Of a stretch of DNA of 64,000 bases, positions 62,704 through 64,000 are shown piece by piece. The position numbers were made by a program, and so were the translations under genes. The notes under the pieces were generated by a model. It was not told the origin of the DNA. It did not search any database and saw nothing but the letters and a program-made list of their open reading frames with translations. This DNA is from an uncultured Clostridia bacterium. Lineage in GTDB: Bacteria > Bacillota > Clostridia > Christensenellales > UBA1242. The stretch covers positions 1,576 through 65,575 of the forward strand of contig CAKVFH010000002.1 in the NCBI GenBank assembly GCA_934746515.1, read 5' to 3'. Position 1 is the first letter of the stretch. The number at the start of each line of letters is the position of its first letter.

Positions 62704-64000
62704 CTATTTTTTCTTTTTGCTTGCAGCGTATTCTCTTCTGAGACTAGCAATCTGTGATTCTAACCTGCTTATTTTTGAAGCAAGTGCTGCATTGTGATTG
62801 CTATAGATTCTATTTGCAATTGTTGGGTCGTTTAATCTCTTGTCTACATTTGTTTCAACCAAAACTCTAACATCATCACCATTAAGGAAATTATTAAATT
62901 GTTGTTTAACAGTTGTTTTTGTTATGTTTTTGATTACAGATTGGAGTTTCTCATCAGTTTCCAGTTTGCTTGTGAGATCTCTCATAAGATCGTCAACATC
63001 AGCATTTTTGTCGGTTTTTACACCCATCATTTTCTTAAGAACACCCTTAAGAGAATCTTTCATTTTTCCTGCAAATGTTGGGTTTTGATATTCAAGATTA
63101 TCAATCGTTCTGCTGTAATTAGCAAAGTTAGCCGTATCGGCAAATTCAAATTTTCCTGCTTTATTTTTCTTCAAAAGTTCATTCGTTCCCAATTTTTCAC
63201 GAAGCTCATCAATATGATCATTGATGTATTTGTTGACTTGCTCTCTGGTCATCTTTTTAAATCTTTCTTCGAACAAGTTGCTGTCTTGGTTTAAAAGTTC
63301 CCTTTGAATGAGTTTCTTAAATTCTGCATCAGTATAGAACTCACGAATCATTGTGTTGACGAAAATTTTCTTCATTACAGGATTGTTGATAACATGATTT
63401 GCACGAGCTTGACGATATCTTCTTCTGTCAAACATGTGTTCAGGTCTGTGAGCACCAACTTCAATGAGTCTTTCTCTAACAGGCTCGCCTTGTCCAGATC
63501 TCAAGAATGCACTGATTTGCGCTTGAGTTAGACCCATTTTAACATCATAGTTTGTTGCAGTGCTTGAATTAGAAATAATTTTCTTTTCAAACAAATCATT
63601 AAGTTTTGCTGTGTCAATTTTGTTTCCTTTAACAAATTTTTCATCCTTCAAAACTTCTTTAATTCTTTGAGATTTTTCAGTATTTGAAAGTCTTTCAAAA
63701 TCAATACCACTAGATTTCAAGTAATCTTTGATCTTTGTGAATGTTTCTTGATTTTGCGCAGAACTTAACACAGAAACCATTGCTCTTCCGGTAAATTCAG
63801 CATTATTCTTTAATGCTTGAACTTTGGCATCGAAGATTTCTTTTTCGCTTGCATTTGGATTGTTGTTTGACAAGATTCGTCTGATAGACTCACTATCATT
63901 GATGAGTGTTACATTTCTGAACAAGTTTGCAAACTCTTCAGAATTTTCGTTATGTCTGTAGTATTGTTGAAGCATTGATTTATTTGCAGAATATTCGCCT
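62704..64000 (-). CDS. soluble K/E/N-rich protein, 5' end outside the window
   Basis: The reading frame stays open from the stop at 62704 to the window edge; there is no in-frame stop between the ATG at 63975 and 64000. At least 423 aa are visible. No TM segment or recognisable motif. Confidence 0.6.
   Translation of the reverse strand, partial: GEYSANKSMLQQYYRHNENSEEFANLFRNVTLINDSESIRRILSNNNPNASEKEIFDAKVQALKNNAEFTGRAMVSVLSSAQNQETFTKIKDYLKSSGIDFERLSNTEKSQRIKEVLKDEKFVKGNKIDTAKLNDLFEKKIISNSSTATNYDVKMGLTQAQISAFLRSGQGEPVRERLIEVGAHRPEHMFDRRRYRQARANHVINNPVMKKIFVNTMIREFYTDAEFKKLIQRELLNQDSNLFEERFKKMTREQVNKYINDHIDELREKLGTNELLKKNKAGKFEFADTANFANYSRTIDNLEYQNPTFAGKMKDSLKGVLKKMMGVKTDKNADVDDLMRDLTSKLETDEKLQSVIKNITKTTVKQQFNNFLNGDDVRVLVETNVDKRLNDPTIANRIYSNHNAALASKISRLESQIASLRREYAASKKKK

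Noticed and set aside
43530-63531. Dozens of 60-141-aa plus-strand ORFs from the ORF track nested inside the large minus-strand genes, for example 45846-46229, 46460-46867, 47019-47336 and 62899-63294. There are similar antisense ORFs inside spoIVA, der, ftsZ, clpX and others.
   Set aside because: They lie antisense to, or in an alternative frame of, long well-supported CDSs. They lack SD sequences and translate to low-complexity F/L/I/S/K-rich strings, as expected from the complement of AT-rich coding DNA.
43394-64000. A prophage or phage-derived origin for the right-hand block.
   Set aside because: I recognised no terminase, portal, capsid, tail, holin/lysin, integrase or repressor signatures. 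The only enzyme motif set is VirB4-like.
1-64000. A scan for rRNA, tRNA, CRISPR arrays, riboswitch or T-box leaders and long DNA repeats.
   Set aside because: I recognised no cloverleaf-like G+C-rich islands, no regularly spaced direct repeats and no long conserved leader upstream of a suitable gene. This was done by eye, so small ncRNAs could have been missed; the 9.05-9.33 kb and 25.99-26.34 kb spacers are the places to look.

Overview
This is a visibly AT-rich chromosomal segment from an endospore-forming Firmicute (Bacillota). Nearly all genes lie on the minus strand. From 1 to about 43.3 kb I see recognisable core genes in an order close to Bacillus and Clostridium. They are spoIVA, der-plsY, spoIIP, nrdR, ylmC, sigG/sigE/spoIIGA, ftsZ-ftsA-divIB-murA, a small accessory islet (XRE regulator, an HExxH-protein operon, GNAT), the dcw block ftsW-murD-mraY-murE-PBP-(ftsL-like)-rsmH-mraZ, engB, clpX-clpP-tig and rluD-lspA. 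I recognised no rRNA, tRNA, CRISPR array, transposase or integrase. The stand-out region is 43.4-64.0 kb, which runs off the window edge. It is a tightly packed, co-directional block encoding two soluble K/E-rich proteins, a VirB4-like ATPase with an N-terminal membrane hairpin, a 3,689-aa polytopic membrane protein built from about 10 tandem Trp/Tyr-signature modules, and a 1,010-aa paralogue with the same end architecture. No relaxase, coupling protein, hydrolase or integrase is in view. I read it as a candidate T4SS-derived envelope machine of unknown function. Smaller observations are an inverted sigG flanked by a 16-nt direct repeat, a terminator-like hairpin that contains the ribosome-binding site of the spoIIP operon, MraZ-box repeats on the dcw promoter, a leaderless XRE promoter with an operator, and a dcw cluster interrupted where murG-murB normally sit. 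All family calls come from motif and pattern recognition by eye; no database search was run. Several ORF-track 5' ends use TTG or GTG codons, and I trimmed these to ATG starts with Shine-Dalgarno (SD) support.
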